A stretch of DNA of 64,000 bases from Opitutales bacterium. GTDB taxonomy: Bacteria > Verrucomicrobiota > Verrucomicrobiia > Opitutales > PNEW01. The position numbers and the translations under genes were made by a program. The DNA is taken from assembly GCA_965197745.1 (NCBI GenBank), contig CBDANS010000006.1:576001-640000 (forward strand), read 5' to 3'. Shown piece by piece: positions 61,031 to 64,000 of this stretch. The notes under the pieces are model-generated. The model had not been told where the DNA came from. It saw only the letters and a program-made list of their open reading frames with translations, and did not search any database. Position 1 is the first letter of the stretch. The number at the start of each line of letters is the position of its first letter.

Positions 61031-61768
61031 TTAAGCGCAGTCGGGCCGCAGGTCGATGTATCGCTCGCCACGCTCACCGGCCTCGCCCCGCACGAGATAG
61101 ACCGGGATCTTATGCTGGTCCACGTCAACCCACGCGGTATCACTGCTGCAGTAGCGAATCGTATATCCCGCTCGCCTTCGATCGCTGCGGTTCGTTTCGC
61201 TGGAGTGCAGCAAATAAGAATCGTGGATAGACACACTCCCGGCCGTCATCCGGAGGGTGACGGCACCTGCTTCCATCTCAGCGGTTACGATGATCTTTTT
61301 GCTCAGCATATCATGTGTCTCCGACGGTATGGTAGCGTGTTCCCGATACCCCAGGTGCGATCCCGGGATTACCATCATAGCGGAATTTTCGGTGTCGGCA
61401 TCATCGATGGCTAGCCAGACCGAGACAACATCGGTGCCCTGAACACTTGGCCAATAGGGATTGTCCTGGTGCCAGGGAACGGTATCCACGCTGCGCGGCG
61501 GTTTAATGAATACACTGGAGAAAACCAGAACCAGATTAGGACCCAGCACCGATTGTACCGCGTCCAGCAACCGCGGTTGCCGACAGATTTCGAGCCAGCG
61601 CTCATCACGTGAATGCGGTTCATCAAGATAATTGTCATTTCTCAGCATCCCCTTCTCGGTGGCCTCGTTCAGGAGACGCCGATTCGATTCCACTTCCTCC
61701 GGACTGAACACGCCCGGATACAGGCAATACCCTTCTTTAGCGAAACAATCCGGATCATGATTCAGCAC
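61031..61768 (-). CDS. Phytanoyl-CoA dioxygenase (PhyH) family
   Basis: FIKPP, WHQD, VWLAIDD, H.S..N.S..RR. Confidence 0.92.
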   Translation of the reverse strand: MLNHDPDCFAKEGYCLYPGVFSPEEVESNRRLLNEATEKGMLRNDNYLDEPHSRDERWLEICRQPRLLDAVQSVLGPNLVLVFSSVFIKPPRSVDTVPWHQDNPYWPSVQGTDVVSVWLAIDDADTENSAMMVIPGSHLGYREHATIPSETHDMLSKKIIVTAEMEAGAVTLRMTAGSVSIHDSYLLHSSETNRSDRRRAGYTIRYCSSDTAWVDVDQHKIPVYLVRGEAGERGERYIDLRPDCA

Positions 61769-61845
61769 CTACATTTCCTGTCAGCTAGTGGAGTATTGTG
61801 GGATCATTGGTTTTCTCGCCCAGGTGACTTTAATCATTCTGACTT

Positions 61846-63876
61846 CTAAAGATTTTTTTTGAGAAAGTCTTCGATTTTCGCATAAAATTTGAACCGCTTT
61901 TTTTCATCGATAAAGCCATGGCCTTCCCAGTTTTGAAGATATACTTTATGCGGTTTGCCCTCTTTTTTTAATGCCGTGATAAGTCTTTTAGCCTGGAGGG
62001 TATCAACGGTATAGTCGGCTCTGCCATGAATTATTAAAAGGGGTGCCTTAATACGGTCTACAAAATTTATCGGCGAAACTTCGCGAATGGCATCCGTATC
62101 TTTTTGAGGATCACCAAACCAAAGTTTGAGGACATCATAGGCGGACGCTCCAAAGTAGCTTTCTGTCTGCTTTTCTCGCTTTTCTTTATTAAACTGTTCA
62201 ACCCAATCGTAGACCCCCGCGAAAGAAATAGCACATTTATAAAGATCGGGGGTAAAAGTAAGCCCACATAAAGTTATATAGCCACCAAAGCTTGCGCCGT
62301 AGATAGCAATGCGCTCTGGATCTGCGATTTTCACTTTGATAGCCCACCGGACACCATCGGTGATGTCATCTTGTACTTTTTTACCAAATTGACCACGCGC
62401 TGCCTCTCTATAGTATGTCCCGTACCCTGTGGAGCCCCGATAGTTAATTTGCAGAACAGCATAGCCCCGACTTGCCAGAAATTGTACCTCCGAGTTAAAT
62501 CCCCATACATCGCGGTAAAATGGTCCCCCATGAGCCATCACAATCATAGGGAGTGGCCCCTTTTTTTTGCCTGGTGGTAGAGTAACATAGCCATGGATCT
62601 TCATTCCATCCCGTGCTTTAAAAGTGACACTTCGCATCTGGGCCATTTTCAAAGGATCGATCCAGGGTTTTGCTTTAAATATACGCTGAAAGTTACCTGT
62701 ATTAAGATCGTATATATAATAAGATCCTGGATCGCGATCACTGCTCACAAAAATAAGAAAACGGGTTTCCTCCCAATTGACATCTATAATTCAATTAACG
62801 GTATCAGGTAGTGCTTGATCAATACCAAGTTGCAATTGCCTGTAAAAAGGGTCAATCCAGTGCGTCGTTCGCTTTTCCCGGGTATAATGGATGCCAACCA
62901 ATGCTTTTTTCTTTTTAGAGAAAAATAAAGATGCGGGTATTTGATAAATAAAAAATTTTCCTGATGTAACATCATATTCTCTGTCACTAAAAATCAGTTC
63001 TCCGAGTTGCTGATTTTCAAGATCGTAGTTATAGAGTGACAAAACATTATGATTGCGGTTTGTCGCAACGTAGAGGGTTTTACCGCCATATTCAAAAGCG
63101 ACAGGATCCAAATCTGGTGGTAAGGGTAATTTGTCCCATGGAAGATCTTCATTTTTTCGATAAATATATGTTTCATTACCCTCATTAAATGACCTCTTCT
63201 TATAACCAACTCCCATCCTCAAAAATCCTTCTGGATCGCACATCCATGCATCCACATAACCGGGATTTTCTTCTTTGATAGGATAGTAACCACTGCCTGG
63301 AGCCATGGGGCCATGCTGGCGTGCATCTCTCAAGTAATTCATTTGGTGGACATGTGGTTTATGAAATCTCTCGGAAAAAAACTGAATGAGTATTTTATTA
63401 GGTAGGTCGTCTTGCAGGTCTATAACCGATGCATAGTTTTCAATATCAACCAGGGTTCTTATTGGTTTTCCAATGCGATTAACGGAATACAACCCGTAAT
63501 AATACTGGCCCCACTTTGTGACATTAAAAATTAAATTATCGTTATCAGCCCAATAAAACTGCCGAATATGGAGGCCCATCCCTGTTCTTATACCAATAAT
63601 CTTTTTCGTATTCAGATTAAGTGTAAATAACTCATAACTGTCATTTATATAACCAATATATCCGACGTGCTCCCCGTCAGGAGAAAGAGATGCATTTGAG
63701 AAAAGTGTTGCTCTAAAAAAGTTTTCAATCGGCTCGGGTTCTGCTTCGAGGAAAGATATACTGAAAAATACTAAGCCCGAAACGATTACTTTGATCCCAA
63801 AAGTTGCGACTTTAATCATTCTGACTCCCCCAATCTTTTGTTTATACTTAACAAATTCCCAGCGTTTTAGCGGCAC
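61846..63876 (-). pseudogene. S9 family prolyl oligopeptidase with in-frame TGA at 62791-62793
   Basis: SPDG propeller; HGGP, NYRGSTGYG, GASFGG, HG..D, EGHGF; both halves in the same frame. Confidence 0.85.
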
Positions 63877-63900
63877 ATAAAAATATACAATATCTAATAC

Positions 63901-64000
63901 TCACTCGATTGTTATCTCTTCCACCGTAACGGTTAATTCCTCACCATCGGCGTTTACAAATGTGGCGACGATGCTTTGCGTTGGTTGTGCCGTTAGGTCA
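63901..64000 (-). CDS. 3' end of a gene sharing the C-terminal domain of 8564-10012
   Basis: DLTAQPTQSIVATFVNADGEELTVTVEEITIE* vs DNTPQPTQSINATFVNEAGNDLTVTIEELTIE*. Confidence 0.8.
   Translation of the reverse strand, partial: DLTAQPTQSIVATFVNADGEELTVTVEEITIE

Noticed and set aside
55584..62793. Stop-codon reassignment or selenocysteine to explain the in-frame stops
   Set aside because: Both TAA and TGA are involved, both terminate many intact genes here, and the TGA is not at a catalytic Cys position.
1..64000. Integron integrase, RAYT or GIY-YIG mobiliser, tRNA/rRNA, prophage or known defence genes
   Set aside because: No ORF shows tyrosine-recombinase, HUH or GIY-YIG motifs, and no RNA gene or phage hallmark was recognisable by eye.

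Overview
Bacterial accessory region, about 45% GC by eye with strong gene-to-gene swings. The BlaI/M56-TonB pair and Ig-domain exported proteins suggest a Verrucomicrobia/Opitutales-like host (inference only). Most of the window is a long run of small, unrelated minus-strand genes typical of integron cassettes: 9 GNATs, 5 SAM methyltransferases, 5 phosphotransferases, 5 P-loop kinases, VOC, HAD, NUDIX, GrpB, HIT, AAC(3) and SET. No integrase is present, and only degenerate attC-like scraps remain between genes. The window also holds a putative phosphonate-catabolism cluster (Zn-ADH, class II aldolase, CbbY-like HAD, PhnX-like HAD, PhnX), two different IS3-family elements, one IS4 element with an 11-bp TSD, clusters of nested REP/RPE-like palindromes, and about 10 broken genes. 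The most unusual signal is in the IS3 transposases. Both otherwise divergent copies carry an almost identical 31-nt insert at the same codon just after the catalytic SDNG motif. One copy carries a related 42-nt insert at a second conserved motif (ID[E]YTREC). The insert core (CGAGGAGCGAAGCGACG) matches the intergenic palindromic repeats of this window.
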